64,000 nt of DNA from Octopus vulgaris (Eukaryota). How positions within the stretch are numbered: position 1 is the first letter of the stretch; every line of letters begins with the position of its first letter. Where the stretch lies: contig OX597820.1 in assembly GCA_951406725.2 (NCBI GenBank), positions 66,464,001-66,528,000 on the forward strand. Reading direction: 5' to 3'. The position numbers and the translations under genes were made by a program. Positions 27,155 to 41,139 of the stretch are shown piece after piece. Below the pieces are notes generated by a model that did no database searches, had not been told where the DNA came from, and saw only the letters and a list, made by a program, of their open reading frames with translations.

Positions 27155-27708
27155 GAGTGAGAGAGCAGTACCTGCCATCAAAGTGACACTGGAGTAAAAT
27201 ATACGAAGCCCAGTATACCCATCATGACTACCCTTCTGATAAGTGTACGCTAGGCACATGCATCACAACCATGTGTGCGCAACATGGTGATCTCATATCA
27301 TGATAAATAGTACATGACCTTGCAGGTGGGGTCCAGTTAGAATTTTCTTCTGGTCGAGTAGCTCATCCCACTCAAAAAGTCCCTGAATAAAGGTTGTTTA
27401 AGGATGTTGAATGAACCACCCATGTTTCCAAAGGTGAATTATCCAAACCTCTAAGAATTTTTTTCAACACACGGCTATGATGCTCCCCTACTGTTTCTGC
27501 TCATGATCAAAGATGCACATATCATCATCAGCCACCAAGGGACATGCTCAACTGGTTAAGGTCAAACATCCGACAAGCAAATCTGTGGTATTGAGCAGAA
27601 TATTTGCTGTAGCCCATCTTTTTTATACCAAGACAAAACAATGTACATGATAACACTTCCAATCAGTTAAGATCAGAAGCCACGAGAGCCACTGCCAGGT
27701 ACTGCATC
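27155..27708 (-). mobile_element. Non-coding retroposon-like element (about 550 bp) embedded in (TAA)n, copy 1
   Basis: Closely similar to the adjacent copy at 27728-28115, with (ATT)n on both sides. Fragments at 34848-34990 and 54628-54698. Confidence 0.8.
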
Positions 27709-27727
27709 TATTATCATTATTATTATT

Positions 27728-28115
27728 GAGTGAGAGAGCAGTGCATGCCATCAAAGTGACACTGAGGTAAAATATACGAAGCCCAATATACCCATCATGA
27801 CTACCCGTCTGATAAGGGTACACCAGGCACATGCATCACAACCATATGTGCGCGACATGGTGATCTCATATCAAGATAAACAGCACATGACCTTGCAGGT
27901 GGGGCCCAGTTAGAATTTTCTTCAGGTTGAGTAGCCCATCCCGCTCAAAAGGTCCCTGAATAAGGGTTGTTTAAGGATGTTGAAAGAACCACCCATGTTT
28001 CCAGAGGTGAATTATTCAAACCCCAAAGAATCCCTCTCAACACATGGCTATGATGCTCCCCCACTACTTCTGCTCGTGATCAGAGATGCACATATCGTCA
28101 GCCACTAAGGGACAT
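27728..28115 (-). mobile_element. Same (TAA)n-embedded element, copy 2, truncated at inferred 5' end
   Basis: Starts GAGTGAGAGAGCAG as in copy 1 and stops at GCCACTAAGGGACAT, followed by (ATT)n. Confidence 0.8.
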
Positions 28116-28149
28116 ATTATTATTATTATTATTATTATTATTTTTATTT

Positions 28150-28184
<35 letters not shown>

Positions 28185-28822
28185 CCTGTAGCATTTGTAA
28201 GTTACATCAGAGGATATTTTAGTTCAAATTCAATATTTGTCTCTTCTAAAATCTTTTACTTACTAGTCATTGCTCTTAATCTAAATTGCCACTTGTAGTA
28301 GAGTCTCTTGCTGGTGTTGTTGTTGTTGTTGTTGGTGGTGGTGTTGTAGTTTTTTTTCTTTATTTTATTTTTGTTATATTTCTTACATTATTTATTTGTT
28401 TATTTATCTTTTTCTTTTTCTGAAAACATGAAAGAAGCGATTGGACAACCTCAACTTAATTAAAACATTGACTGACAAGCCAAGCAGTCTTCTTTATATA
28501 GTACGTCTGTGTGTGTGTGTGTGTGTGTACACACACACACACACACACACATTTGATACAGATACACATACATATACACACACACACATGCACACACATT
28601 TACAGATAGAAATAGGAAGAGAAGTGTATACACACCCAGAAAAAGAGAGAAGTGTGTGTATGTATATATACTTATATACATAACATATGTAATATACATA
28701 TATCCATTTTATGTGTGTGTGTATACATGCATATATATATACACATATATGCATGATATATTTATACACGCACACATATGTGTGTATATACTATATATAC
28801 ATACATACATACATACATACAC

Positions 28823-28855
<33 letters not shown>

Positions 28856-29359
28856 TACAGAAATACATATATTTGTGTGCATATGTATATATTTTGTGTA
28901 TATGTATATATGTGTGTGTGTGTGTGTATTGATATATATATATGGGGAGGAACAGGTGTGTATGTATGTATACATGTGTGTGTATGTGTGTGTCTGTGTG
29001 AAAAGGAGATAAGAGAAGGGAGGAACGATTTAAATAATTAAATTTCAGTGATATTAAAAATGTAGAAAAAGAGACTTTGTTAACAATATGTAAATTGACA
29101 GGCTTTGTGAGATGAAATGTTTGTGTTAAAGTTTTTAAGGTTCTTCTTCTCTATTGTAACACCGAATGTGTGTGAGAACATGTGCGCTAGTGTGTGAGAG
29201 TATGCCTGCCAGTGTATGTGTGTGTGTGTGTGTGTGTATTTGCGTGTGTGTTTTGAAATTAAAAGAAAATTTGGTCAGTATTTCCCTCCTGTTTTTGTGT
29301 TTCTCTTACCACTTCTGAATTACCTACAATTGTAATGTGATTTTGAGTGCTGTTGTGGT

Positions 29360-29366
29360 ATTGGTG

Positions 29367-29409
<43 letters not shown>

Positions 29410-29419
29410 GAGTAGTAGT

Positions 29420-29480
<61 letters not shown>

Positions 29481-29500
29481 ATAATAATAATAATAATAAT
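29360..29500. repeat. Compound (GGT)(AGT)(AGC)(AAT) microsatellite
   Basis: Visible directly. Confidence 0.95.
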
Positions 29501-29718
29501 CCTTTCTACTATAGGCTCAAGGCCTGTAATTTGGCGGGGAGGGGACTAGTTGATTACATCGACCCCCCCAGTGTTTCACTGATACTTAATTTTTCGACCC
29601 CCGAAAGGATGAAAGGCGAAGTCGACCTTGGCAGAATTTGAACTCTGAATGTAGCGGCAGATGAAACACTGTTAAGTATTTTGCCCGGCACACTAACGAT
29701 TCTGCCAGCTCCCTGCCT
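29501..29718 (-). mobile_element. SINE family C, monomeric
   Basis: CGAAAGGATGAAAGGCGAAGTCGACC...GAATTTGAACTC...TTCTGCCAGCTC is the reverse complement of family C. Confidence 0.9.
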
Positions 29719-29819
29719 TTCAATAACAATAATGATAATTCTTTCAACAATTAGCGTAAGTTGTGTGTGTGTGTATGTGTGTGTATGTATACATTTATGT
29801 ATGTATATATGTATGTGTG

Positions 29820-30180
29820 TGTGTGTTTGATTTGTCTTCCCTCCCCACACTTACAGTCCCTGTTGGTTTGCTTATATCCCTGTAACTTAGCAGTTCGGCA
29901 AGAGAAACTAATAGATTAACGACTAGAATTTTTTTGAAAATAACAATTGGAGTTGATCTATTTGACGAAAACCGTTCCAGGCAGTCCCTCAGCATGGTGG
30001 AGGTAGTACATAGACACATATGACAGGCTTCGACACAGTTTCTGTCTACTAAACTCCCAAGGCATTGATAAGTCCAGGGTTGCAGCAGAAGACGCTCTCC
30101 CAAGGTGGGCCACACACTGGGATCGTCCCCCCCCCCAGAACCACATAGTTGCAAAGCAAGCGTCTTATCCACACACAGTC
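29820..30180. mobile_element. SINE family A pieces: 3' half on + (29820-29998), 5' half on - (30020-30180)
   Basis: GTAACTTAGCAGTTCGGCAAG...CAGCATGG, then ACAGGCTTC...CCCAAGGTG...GAACCACATAGTTG. Confidence 0.7.
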
Positions 30181-30411
30181 ATATCTACATTTATAGCTAT
30201 TTTGACTGTTATTTCTAGCTGGTCAAGTGCTCGTTCTGTCTCTCCCGTTTCCTGTTGCTGTCCTGGCTACTCAGGTTAAAAAAAAAAACTAAAATCAATA
30301 ACAAAGCGAAAACCAAAAATAAACAATGGCTCTGATTAATTCCTAAAACGTTTCTTTCTTCTCAGATTGGGCAGAATGGACTCCGTGCGTGCAAGTATGC
30401 ATGTGTGTGCG

Positions 30412-30449
<38 letters not shown>

Positions 30450-31212
30450 TGTGCATGTGTTGTTACTAAAGAAAATGGTACATGGAGGAAGGGGTGATCT
30501 ATTATTTAAAAAATAAATAATTAAATGAGTGTCTGAGGAGAGTGTGCACGTGCGTATGTGTCTTTATGTGTGTGTGTTTGTATATGTGTGTATAGTTGTG
30601 TGTGTGTGTGTTTTTGTATGTGTGCATCTGTGTCTGTGAGTGTTTTTTTTCTATGTGTGCATTTGTGTGTGTGTGTGTCTGTGTGTGTGTGTGTGTCATG
30701 TAAGTGGTTGATAGTCTTAAGAGTCTTGTGGACAGAGGAAAAGTGTAGTAGTCATGTTATTTTCTTTGAAAAAATAAAACCATCTGCTTTCTCATCCTCT
30801 GTGAATGCATCACCATTCCATGCCGCCACTACCACCACTCACCAGACTGAGCCACCACACCACACCACACCACAGCATCACCCCCACATCATTCCATCTC
30901 TGCCTTCAACCCATTCTTCAACCACAACCCTCAAAACTGTTCTGTCTCCAGGCCATTTTTTTGTTGGCCACCATCACCATCGCCCTCCTGCAAATCATCC
31001 CCCCCCCCCGCTTCAAACAGTTCTCCACTACCACCATCAACAACAACACATCACTGTCTCCAAACAATTATCTCCCCCCGCCCATATTCTTCCAGCCATT
31101 CCCCCACCATTACCACCACCACCACCACCACCACCACTATCACAATCCTCAAAAGTCCCAAGTTTTTCAGTTTCTTGTCAATCCTGATGATTTTGATTTA
31201 TTTATTGATTGC

Positions 31213-31384
31213 ATAGGCATAGGAGTGGCTGTGTGGTAAGTAGCTTGCTTGCCAACCACATGGTTCCGGGTTCAGTCCCACTATGTAGCATCTTGGGCAA
31301 GTATCTTCTAATATAGTCTCAGGCCCACCAAAGCCTTATGAGTGGATTTGGTAGACAGAAAGTGAAAGAAGCCCATTGTATATA

Positions 31385-31431
<47 letters not shown>

Positions 31432-31591
31432 ATATGTTTGAGTGTCTGTGTTTGTCCCCCCAACATCGCTTGACAACCGATGCTGGTGTGTTTACATCCC
31501 CGTAACTTAGCGGTTTGGCAAAAGAGACCTATAGAATAAGTACTAGGTTTACAAAGAATAAGTCCTGGAGTCAATTTGCTCGACTAAAGGC
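31213..31591 (+). mobile_element. SINE family A lacking roughly the last 50 bp
   Basis: Complete through CGACTAAAGGCG, then replaced by an unrelated element. Confidence 0.9.
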
Positions 31592-31686
31592 GTTGTTGTT
31601 GTTAGTGTTCAGGTCACTGCTTGGAATCGAACTCAGAATCTTGGGGTTAGTAGACTGTACTCTTTACCATGCTATATGCCCGTGGG
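31592..31686 (-). mobile_element. Short tRNA-derived element or tRNA pseudogene with (AAC)n tail
   Basis: Minus strand reads GGCATATAGCATGGTAAAGAG...CTACTAA...GAGTTCGATTCC (B box)...GACCTGAACACTAACAACAACAA. Confidence 0.6.
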
Positions 31687-32015
31687 CTAACACTGATGTT
31701 ACAGTTAGCTTGCCTGCTGAATAAAAATTCATTATGCAACACAAAAAGTATTAGTTGAAAATGGCAATTTGTGTCTCATACTTAAAGCATGTACATCATA
31801 GAAAGCTTTAAAGTAATGTTTTAAGCGTGACTTTGCGGTCTGTTAAATATCTGACTACCACACCTTAATACAGCTTACATACAATCAGAAAGATATGAGA
31901 CTTCACCTTGTTTGTCAGTTTTATACTTTCACTATATTCATATGCTTGTAGTTTTTGAGGTTGTTGTCATTTAGCCTAGATTAACCCTGACTCAATAAAC
32001 TAAATAAATCTATCT

Positions 32016-32600
32016 TAAACCTAAAGCATTCAGATTACCCTGTCAAATGTATAATGCTTGTCTATTTACATTGTTTTGAATTAATCATGCTTCCCAGTCA
32101 CATGGTTTTGGGTTCAATCCTACTGTGTTGCACCTAGAGCAAGTGTCTTCTTCTATACCCTTAAGCCGACCAAAGCCTTGTGAGTGGATTTGGTTGGCCA
32201 AATCTGATGGAGACTGAAAAAAAGCCTTTATATATATATATATATCTGTGTGTCTGTCTGTCTTTGTTCTTCCACCTTCGCTTGATAACCAATGCTGGTG
32301 TGTTTATGTCCTTATAACTTAGCTGTTCAGCAGTAGACACCAATAGAATAAGTACTAGGCTTACAACGAATAAGTCCTGGGGTTGATTTCTTCGACTAAC
32401 ACCCTTTAAAGCAGTGCTCCAGCATGGCTGCAGTCAAATGACTGAAACAAGTAAAAGAATAAAAGAATATTTGGTAGTTTCAAGACTTCAACGAGTGGAT
32501 TGTTTATTTTCAGAACGACATTGTAGAGTAGGTGTGAGAGACCAGATCTGGTCAGTTTGAACATAATATATCTCCCAACCTGACTGGTTATAGAATTTGT
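32016..32600 (+). mobile_element. TTAA-type (piggyBac-like) MITE remnant interrupted by SINE A
   Basis: Left part TTAAACCTAAAGCATTCAG...ACATTGTTTTGAATTAATCATGC (also near 13210). Right part 32475-32570 matches 36850-36945, whose continuation ends in AAATGCTA. Class assignment is from recall. Confidence 0.45.
32088..32469 (+). mobile_element. SINE family A
   Basis: Partial head, body, internal (TA)n and GTAAAAGAATAAAAGAAT tail. Confidence 0.88.
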
Positions 32601-33286
32601 CTACAAATTGCCATCTAATTTCAGCCGACTGAGAGGGCCACAGGTTTTAGCAATAATAGCCATGTGGTTATATAGTTTGTGAAATAGTGTAGCAGCAGCA
32701 GGGGTGGTGGTGGTGGTAATAGTAGTGGTGGTGGTGGTGGTGGTAGTAGTAGTAGTAATAGTGTAGTTAGTGGTGGTGGTGGTGATGGTAGTAGTAGTGG
32801 TGTTGGTGGTGATGGTGGCAGCGGTGGTGGTGGTGGTGGTGGTAATAGTAGTAGTAGTAGTAATAGTAGTAGTGGTAAGTAGTAGGCTGTGAACAGTTCT
32901 GGTGCTCTGAGGTGCTTGTGGTGCCGGGTGTTTGGAAATATAGAGAAACTTCCGATTTTCAAAGAAGGCAAAATAAAACAAATAACTTCGTAGCATCATC
33001 AAAGCTGACCTCCCTACCAAGAAGTTCACCGACTAATTTTCTTGGAATTATTTTCATTTTCCTTTCTCTTCTCTTCTCTGTTTCCACACACACCTCCCTC
33101 TAACCCTCTTCCCATATACACTTTTTCCGTTTTTGTCGTTTTTTTTTTCTCCCCTTCTTTCTTCTTTTCCCCTCCACAATCTTTTCAGTTTAATTTCTTT
33201 CCAAACAGGTGCAACGATAACAACAACAACAACAGCAATGACGACAACGATGACAAACTACGAGACGCCTTTCTCTCCTTCACATC

Positions 33287-33322
<36 letters not shown>

Positions 33323-33707
33323 CACACACAGATGTCTTTACCATTTTTATTCCGGTGCCATTTTTGGTTTAAAGTGTAAACAATTCCATAAGTCAACAAA
33401 CATTGCACAAAAATCCCAGCTATTGTCATTCTTGTTATCGTTATTGCTGTTGTTGTTGTTGTTGTTGTTGTTGGAATGACTCTTTCTGACTCCCACCACC
33501 ACCACCACCACCCACCACCCACACAATCACCACCACCTGCTGCCCACCCAGTAGTCTCCGTCTCAACATCTTCCGTTTCCAGTCTCCAGAAATCAAACAA
33601 AATCGGAAGGAAAATTCCTCTTGACTTTCATCAATTTTCTTCACATTTATTTGTTTCTTTACTTCGTTTGTTCGTTTATTTATTTATCTATTTTCCTTTT
33701 GGCAAAC

Positions 33708-33746
<39 letters not shown>

Positions 33747-33828
33747 TTCACAAATATGTGCACATACAAAAATATGTGCCCACACATACACACACTATCA
33801 CTTCCCGATATATATATATATACATACA

Positions 33829-33900
<72 letters not shown>

Positions 33901-33961
33901 TATATATATATATACATGCATATATATATATATATACACATATACATACATTATATATATG

Positions 33962-34009
<48 letters not shown>

Positions 34010-34690
34010 CGTATAAATATATATATATCATATACACACACATATATACATATCATTGGACATTAAACAATGATACACACACACACACACATTCACACAC
34101 TCTCCCCCATATACACACACACACACATACACACATAAATACACATGTGTATCAACATACATGCACATATGTAAATATCCATACACACAGCACGCACACA
34201 GCTGTAACACAGACTCACCTATGCTTATACACATACATTCTCACGTAAGACAGTACAGCACCAAACCTGACAAAAACCTGACCACTTTGCCACCGTTTTT
34301 GATTATCAATTTAGATTATACTGTAGAATTCTTAGGAATGGAATGGCTAAAAATTCCTTTGTATCTGAATTCAAAGAGTGATCTGAGGATTATCTATTTA
34401 TAATAGCTTCATCATTTAATTGTTGTTATTATTTGTTAGCACGCCGGGCAAGATGCTTAGCGCCATTTCATCCAACTATGTGGTGTCAAGTTCAATCCCA
34501 TTGCATGACACGTTGGTTAAACGTCTTCTGCTGTAGCCCCAAGCTATGTGTGTGAATTTGGTAAGAAGAAACTGTATGAAGCCTGTCGTGTGTGGGTATG
34601 TATATGTATGTGTGTATATGTATATATGTGTGTGCATATATATACACACACACACACACATACACACACATATATGTGAGAAATGTGAAG

Positions 34691-34811
34691 GGGTGCATGG
34701 CTTAGTGGTTAGGGTATTCGGCTCATAATCTTATGGTCATGAGTTTGATTCCAAGTGGTGTGTTTTATCCTTGAGCAAGTCACTTCATTTCACATTGCTC
34801 AAGTCCACTCA
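34691..34811 (+). mobile_element. SINE family B, 5' part
   Basis: GGTGCATGGCTTAGTGGTTAGG...GGCTCATAATC...CTTGAGCAAGTCACTTCATTTCAC. Confidence 0.75.
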
Positions 34812-34847
34812 TGACGACAATGATGATGATGTTGTTGTTGTTGTTGA

Positions 34848-34990
34848 TAACTGACAAGCAAATCTGTGTATTGAACAGAATATTTACTGTAGTCCAGCTT
34901 TTATACCAAGACAAAATGTACATGATTAACACTTCTTATCAGTTAAGATCAGAAGCCACGAGAGCCACTGCCTGGTATTGCATCAGGACA
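34848..34990 (-). mobile_element. Fragment of the (TAA)n-embedded element
   Basis: GACAAGCAAATCTGTG...CAGTTAAGATCAGAAGCCACGAGAGCCACTGCC matches 27570-27708 and is followed by (GAT)(AAT)n. Confidence 0.8.
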
Positions 34991-35003
34991 TATGATGATG
35001 ATG

Positions 35004-35058
<55 letters not shown>

Positions 35059-35444
35059 TGATAATAATGGTAATGATGTTATATGTCAACATTTTTTCTG
35101 CATGCTAACCCTGTCTTTCTGACTGTCTTTACATAGTTGAACGAAGCACTTCTTAATATATTTCTCATTAGAGTTTCGACGTAGCATCTTTATTTCTCTA
35201 ATTCACATCCTCATTATGGGTATGAATATGTGTGTGTGTGTGTGTATGTGTGCGTGCGTTTGTGTATGTGTATGTGTACACTCTATGCAATTACCTGTTG
35301 TGTGCAAGTGCATGCATGTGATCTTATGTGCCTACATAATATAGAAATGCACATATGCAAAGCAGAACTGCTCCCTTTCTCTCACGGACCCTCTTACATA
35401 AAAGTTTTTATTGCACACATTAACATTTATACACACTCATAGAC

Positions 35445-35815
35445 ACTCTCCCTCTCTCCCCTCCCTCATTCTTTCTCTTCTTTCTCATCTCTCTCTTCCC
35501 CTCTTTTTTCCCCTCTCTCCTCTCCCTTATTCTTTCTCTTTCTTCTTTCTCATCTCTCTCTTCCTCTCTTTTTCCCTCTCTCCTCTCCCTTATTCTTTCT
35601 CTTTCTTCGTTCTCATCTCTCTCTCTTCCCCTCTTTTTCCCCCCTATCTTTCTCTCTCTTACCACTCTCGCTGCCTCCTTCTCTTTGCACTCTATCTTTC
35701 TCCCCTCTCTCTTTCACCCCTGTCTTTCCCCTCTCACTCTCTCTTCTCCCCCATTCCCTTTTTCTCTCTGCCCCCCCCCCCACCCCCAACCTTCCCCAAA
35801 TTTTCTCTCACCACA
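35445..35815. repeat. Polypyrimidine (CT-rich) tract with a tandem duplication of about 60 bp
   Basis: TTTTTCCCTCTCTCCTCTCCCTTATTCTTTCTCTTTCTTC occurs twice. Confidence 0.85.
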
Positions 35816-35975
35816 TCCTAGAAACCTTAAACTACTTCAGGAATTTACAAGCGCTCTGTCCTCTTCAAGTAAAATATACATAGAGATATGCGCACACATG
35901 CACACACATGTACAAGCTCTCTCTCTCTCTCTCACACACACACTCACATACATATTTATTGATTTACTGACTCTT

Positions 35976-36007
<32 letters not shown>

Positions 36008-37891
36008 GGTGGTGTTTCGTTCCCTAACAAATTTGTCTCTGTTTTAAATGGAAACATATAACAATTACAAGAGCGTGTATGTGTATGTATATGTGTGTAC
36101 TGAAGTTTAATTGATGTATCCAAAATGCATTTTAATGTGTTTGCCTTAATAAGGCCCAGGAATTGCATCATTAAATCAGTAATATGATCTGTGTGTAGGT
36201 TACCGTTTGTTAGTTGAGCTTGTCACTGGCACCCAGTTAATTTTCTTTTGATACCTTCTACCCGACCTGCTCAGCAAGCCCTCGGCTGCACCCACCTCCA
36301 CCACCACCCTCCTTTTATATGTATCGTGTGACTTACATGACTTAGCAATAACCTCGGGATTTATTTTAATTCTGTGGCGCCAATCTATATGAACATTTTT
36401 TTTTATTTCCTGATGTGAATAAAATGTACGGTCTCGTATATTGACTGTAGCGACTTATTCGTAACTTACTTTAGCCAGTAAGTATGATGAAGATTACATT
36501 TCACTGATGAGGACAGAATAAGGCTGGAACATTGTATCGAGTTCCACTTTTACTTGTTTCAGTCATTGGGCTACAAGCCTCCCTGGGACGTTGTCTTGAA
36601 AGGTTTAGTTAGAGAAATCAACTCCAGTACTCATCATTATCAAAGAATTTTGGTGATACGCTGTGCTTGTGTAGACCTGTCGAGCCAAGTGAGATCATAG
36701 TCATAGCCGGTGCCATACCAAATCAGATTGGAACCCTGATGCAGCTCCCCGGCTTACCAGTTCTCAGTCAAACTGTCCAACCCATGCCAGCATGGAAAAT
36801 GGATGTTAATTGATGATGATAATTGTTTCAAATTAAACATCCGCTATCTTATAGCTTTGAGATTTTGGTGTGATTGTATATTTTGAGAATGATATTGTAG
36901 GGTAGAGTGTTAGGGGCCATATGTGACCTGTTTGAACATAAAACAGGCTGGATATTAGGGTCCAGATATGGTTGATTTAAATGCTAGATGGTCGAGCTTC
37001 AGTTTAACTCTGACTAGGCAGAAGTCTCTATCTACGATAAAAGTCATTCTAGTCGTGACCATTCCATCTATTTTTCTACATTATTGGTGCATCGGTGTCA
37101 TCAACTATGAGCAGTGTGACTCGCTGTTATAGCACACGCCCCCCCCACCATACTAGACTACTGCTACTACTACCACTACTACTGCTGCTACTGCTACTAC
37201 TGCAGCTGCTGCTGTTACTACTACTACTACTACTACAGCTACTACTATTACTACTACTACTGCTGCTGCTACTATGACTATTGTATCCTGTCCCTATTGA
37301 AGACAGTTATGTAGCATGTAAACCAGGGGCTCAGCTACTGTTTCTAAAAGGTCAAAAGACCAAATAAAAGGCTCCCACCATTGGTTTAATTCCCATTTTA
37401 ATCAGCACTGATATCAATGGTTTCGGTGGTGGTGCTGGTAGCCGCAGTAGCAGCAGCATAAACGGCAGTTGTGCTGCTGCTGAAGGTGATGGTGGTTTTT
37501 GGTTTGATGAAGAAGAAATCAGGCGCCAGTCTTATTACATAAACTAATCACCAAAATATATACTGCAAAGAAGAATCTACAATCAACTTTTTCTCTCTAC
37601 ATTTTTTTTTGGCTCTTTCTGTTTTTTTTTTTTTTTTTTTGCTGTCTCCCCCACCCCCATCCCATCACCGAAATGAAGAATTAGTAAGCATAACCAACCA
37701 AACAACGAATGTATTTTTGTATTTTGGTACTAGTTTTTTTTTGTGTTTTTTTTCTTTCTTTTGCTCTTTTATTTGTTTTTGAAATCCTTCAACATTGAAA
37801 AGTGATTACATAAATTTTATTATTTCTTAATTGTTTTTTTTTGTATTTTTGGCCATTTTTTTGGTATTTTTATCTTTCATTGTAATATAAT

Positions 37892-38038
37892 CTTGCTTAC
37901 CAAACCACATGGTTCCTGGTTCAGTCCCACTGCATGGCACCTTGGGCAAGTGTCATTCTACTATATCCTCAAGCCGACCAAAGCCTTGTGAGTGGATTTG
38001 GTAGACGGAAACTGAAAGAAGCCCGTTGTATATATGTT

Positions 38039-38084
<46 letters not shown>

Positions 38085-38298
38085 TGTGTTTGTGTGTCTG
38101 TGTTAGTCCCCCCAACATCGCTTGACAACTGATGCTGGTGTGTTTACGTCCCTGTAACCTAGCGGTTTGGCAAAAGAGACCGATAGAATAAGTACTAGGC
38201 TTACAAAGAAAAAGTCCTCGGGTCAATTTGCTCGACTAAAGGCGGTGCTCCAGCATGGCCACAGTCAAATGACTGAAACAAGTAAAAGAGTAAAGAAT
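37892..38298 (+). mobile_element. SINE family A
   Basis: Body, long internal (TA)n and complete tail. Confidence 0.9.
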
Positions 38299-38386
38299 AT
38301 ATATATATAATGAGAGGGCAAATGTGACAGAGAACTACCTGTCACCGTTATCAAATAGACTGCAAGAAGTTAATAAAATTGTCATG

Positions 38387-38420
<34 letters not shown>

Positions 38421-38600
38421 ACATACAGGCATATACTCTCATATATATATATATACGTGTGTGTGTTATTCATAAACTCCAAACTTTTCACTCACATTGA
38501 ACTTATTCAAATATAATGATATGCTCTTAATTATATGAATCTACATGAAATGTTGAAATACTCCAATAACTGAAAAGAGAGAGAGAGAGGAGGTATGATG

Positions 38601-38648
<48 letters not shown>

Positions 38649-39165
38649 GTAGTAGTAGCAGAAGTAACAGTAATATAAATAATAAAATATAATGAAGCAA
38701 GTTTTGGTTATAAAAAATGATTAATGCATTAGGCTTTCGTTGATTGTTTCAACTTGGTGTTTCCGTTTTTTTAAACTTGGGTCTTTCAAATGTTAAAATG
38801 TCCACGTGTTTAAAACTACATCAAACCTTGCTCTTAACTTTATTACAATATCCCCTTCACTCTTCACTCTTAACTTTTCTCTCTCTCTCTCTCTCTCTCT
38901 TTGTTATCATGTTCCTTCTCTCTTGATTCTGTTGTCCTGTCTTTGTCTTCACTGCCTTTTACTCTCTCGCTCTCTCCATCTTTCCTTCTCTCTCTCTCTC
39001 TTTCTCTCTCTCCCTCTCAAGAAATGAACCAAATTATTTCATTTTATACCATCGTAAATGGAAATTAAATTTATAATTTTTCTTGCAATCTTTTATTAAA
39101 AAGATCTGGAAAATATTAACCTTGCTTCTGTGTGCTTGTATGTGTGCACGTGCTTGTGTACATTC

Positions 39166-39205
<40 letters not shown>

Positions 39206-39258
39206 CATACAAACATAAGTGGAAGGTGAATGTTGAATTATGATGATATGTGTGTATA

Positions 39259-39299
<41 letters not shown>

Positions 39300-39328
39300 T
39301 TGACTGATAGTTGTATATGTCTATTCAG

Positions 39329-39373
<45 letters not shown>

Positions 39374-39570
39374 GTGTGTGTGTGTGTATGTATGTATTTC
39401 CATGCGTATATTTGCATATAAAGATATATATATTCATTGGTCTTCTTAATGTTTCATGATTGACTGGATGTGATGGGCATGGCTGAGTTGGGTAAAGTAA
39501 GGTAGAAGTTGTAGATATAGGTCTAGTGATATCATATAGCAGTGGCTGAATACACCAAATTCTCCCTCCT

Positions 39571-39610
<40 letters not shown>

Positions 39611-39654
39611 AGAGATAGATAGATAGACAAATAGATAGATAGACAGACAGACAA

Positions 39655-39699
<45 letters not shown>

Positions 39700-40029
39700 C
39701 AAATAGATAGCTAGATAGATACACATACAGATATATATATGCTCATATACACATATAGATATACACACATACATGTACATGCATTTCTATATACGCACAC
39801 ACTTATCTACATGCACACACTTTTGTTTAGATAGACTAATTGACACAACTGAATGATATTACTGAAGGCAAAAAATGGAAAGATGAAATGAAAGAAACAA
39901 AAAACAAAAACAAAATGGAAATAATTTTTGGAAACAATTTACCCAATCAAATCAAATAACAAAAAAATAATCCCCTTCAACTGCAAGAAATAAAATTCAA
40001 ATTTATCAAAAATACAGAAAGTTTGTATA

Positions 40030-40060
40030 TAATTTGTATGTTTGTATATATGTTTGTATG

Positions 40061-40109
<49 letters not shown>

Positions 40110-40269
40110 TATGTATGTATGTATGTATGTATGTGTTAGTATACTTATATATGTGTATGTATATATGTGCACATATAGATATAGATATATATTTATGTAT
40201 ATATATATATTTTATATATATATATATATATATATTGTGTGTGTTATATATTGTGTGTGTATATATATG

Positions 40270-40363
<94 letters not shown>

Positions 40364-40366
40364 ATG

Positions 40367-40424
<58 letters not shown>

Positions 40425-40705
40425 TATGTATATATGCATATATATCTATATATATATATATAGTATATATATATATATATATGTATATATGCATATATAT
40501 CTATATGTATATATGCATATAGATATATATGTATATATATGTATATATGTATATAGATATATATGTATATATGCATATATATATATATGTAGATATATAT
40601 GTATATATGCATATAGATATATATGTATATATGCATACATATATATATATATATATATAGTGTGTATATATATATGTATGTATATATATATATGTATGTA
40701 TGTAT
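40030..40705. repeat. (TA)n-dominated compound microsatellite of about 670 bp
   Basis: Visible directly; source of the YIYI ORFs. Confidence 0.97.
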
Positions 40706-41090
40706 AAAGTAAGTGAATTATATTAAATAAGTAAAAAGAAAAGGACAAAATAGAGGTGAAACAAGATATTATCAAAGTAGTTTTTGGTAAAATTTTCGTT
40801 TCAGTGTCGTAGAAATTCCTGCTGTAATCTGTTTTTGAAATTTATCTGAAAATTCTGCCTGTTAACCAAACTCTTGCTGCTAAAAGGGAATATAATTAAA
40901 TGGCGGTTCTCTGAAGTGTACAGAAAATCTCTATTTATTTTTTGCTGTTTTTCCTGTTAACTCCTTTTTTTCTTTTTTTTTCTTTTCTTTTCTTCCCACA
41001 CTTTTTTTTATATACATACATACATACATACATACAAATCTCTTTCTCTCTCTGTCTGTCTGTCTGTATGTATGTATGTATGTATGTATG

Positions 41091-41139
<49 letters not shown>

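Noticed and set aside
35163-35222. Additional hammerhead-like motif on the minus strand (ATAATGA..GATGT/ACGTC..GAAAC)
   Set aside because: Two changes in the CUGANGA box and no stem III; too degenerate to call.
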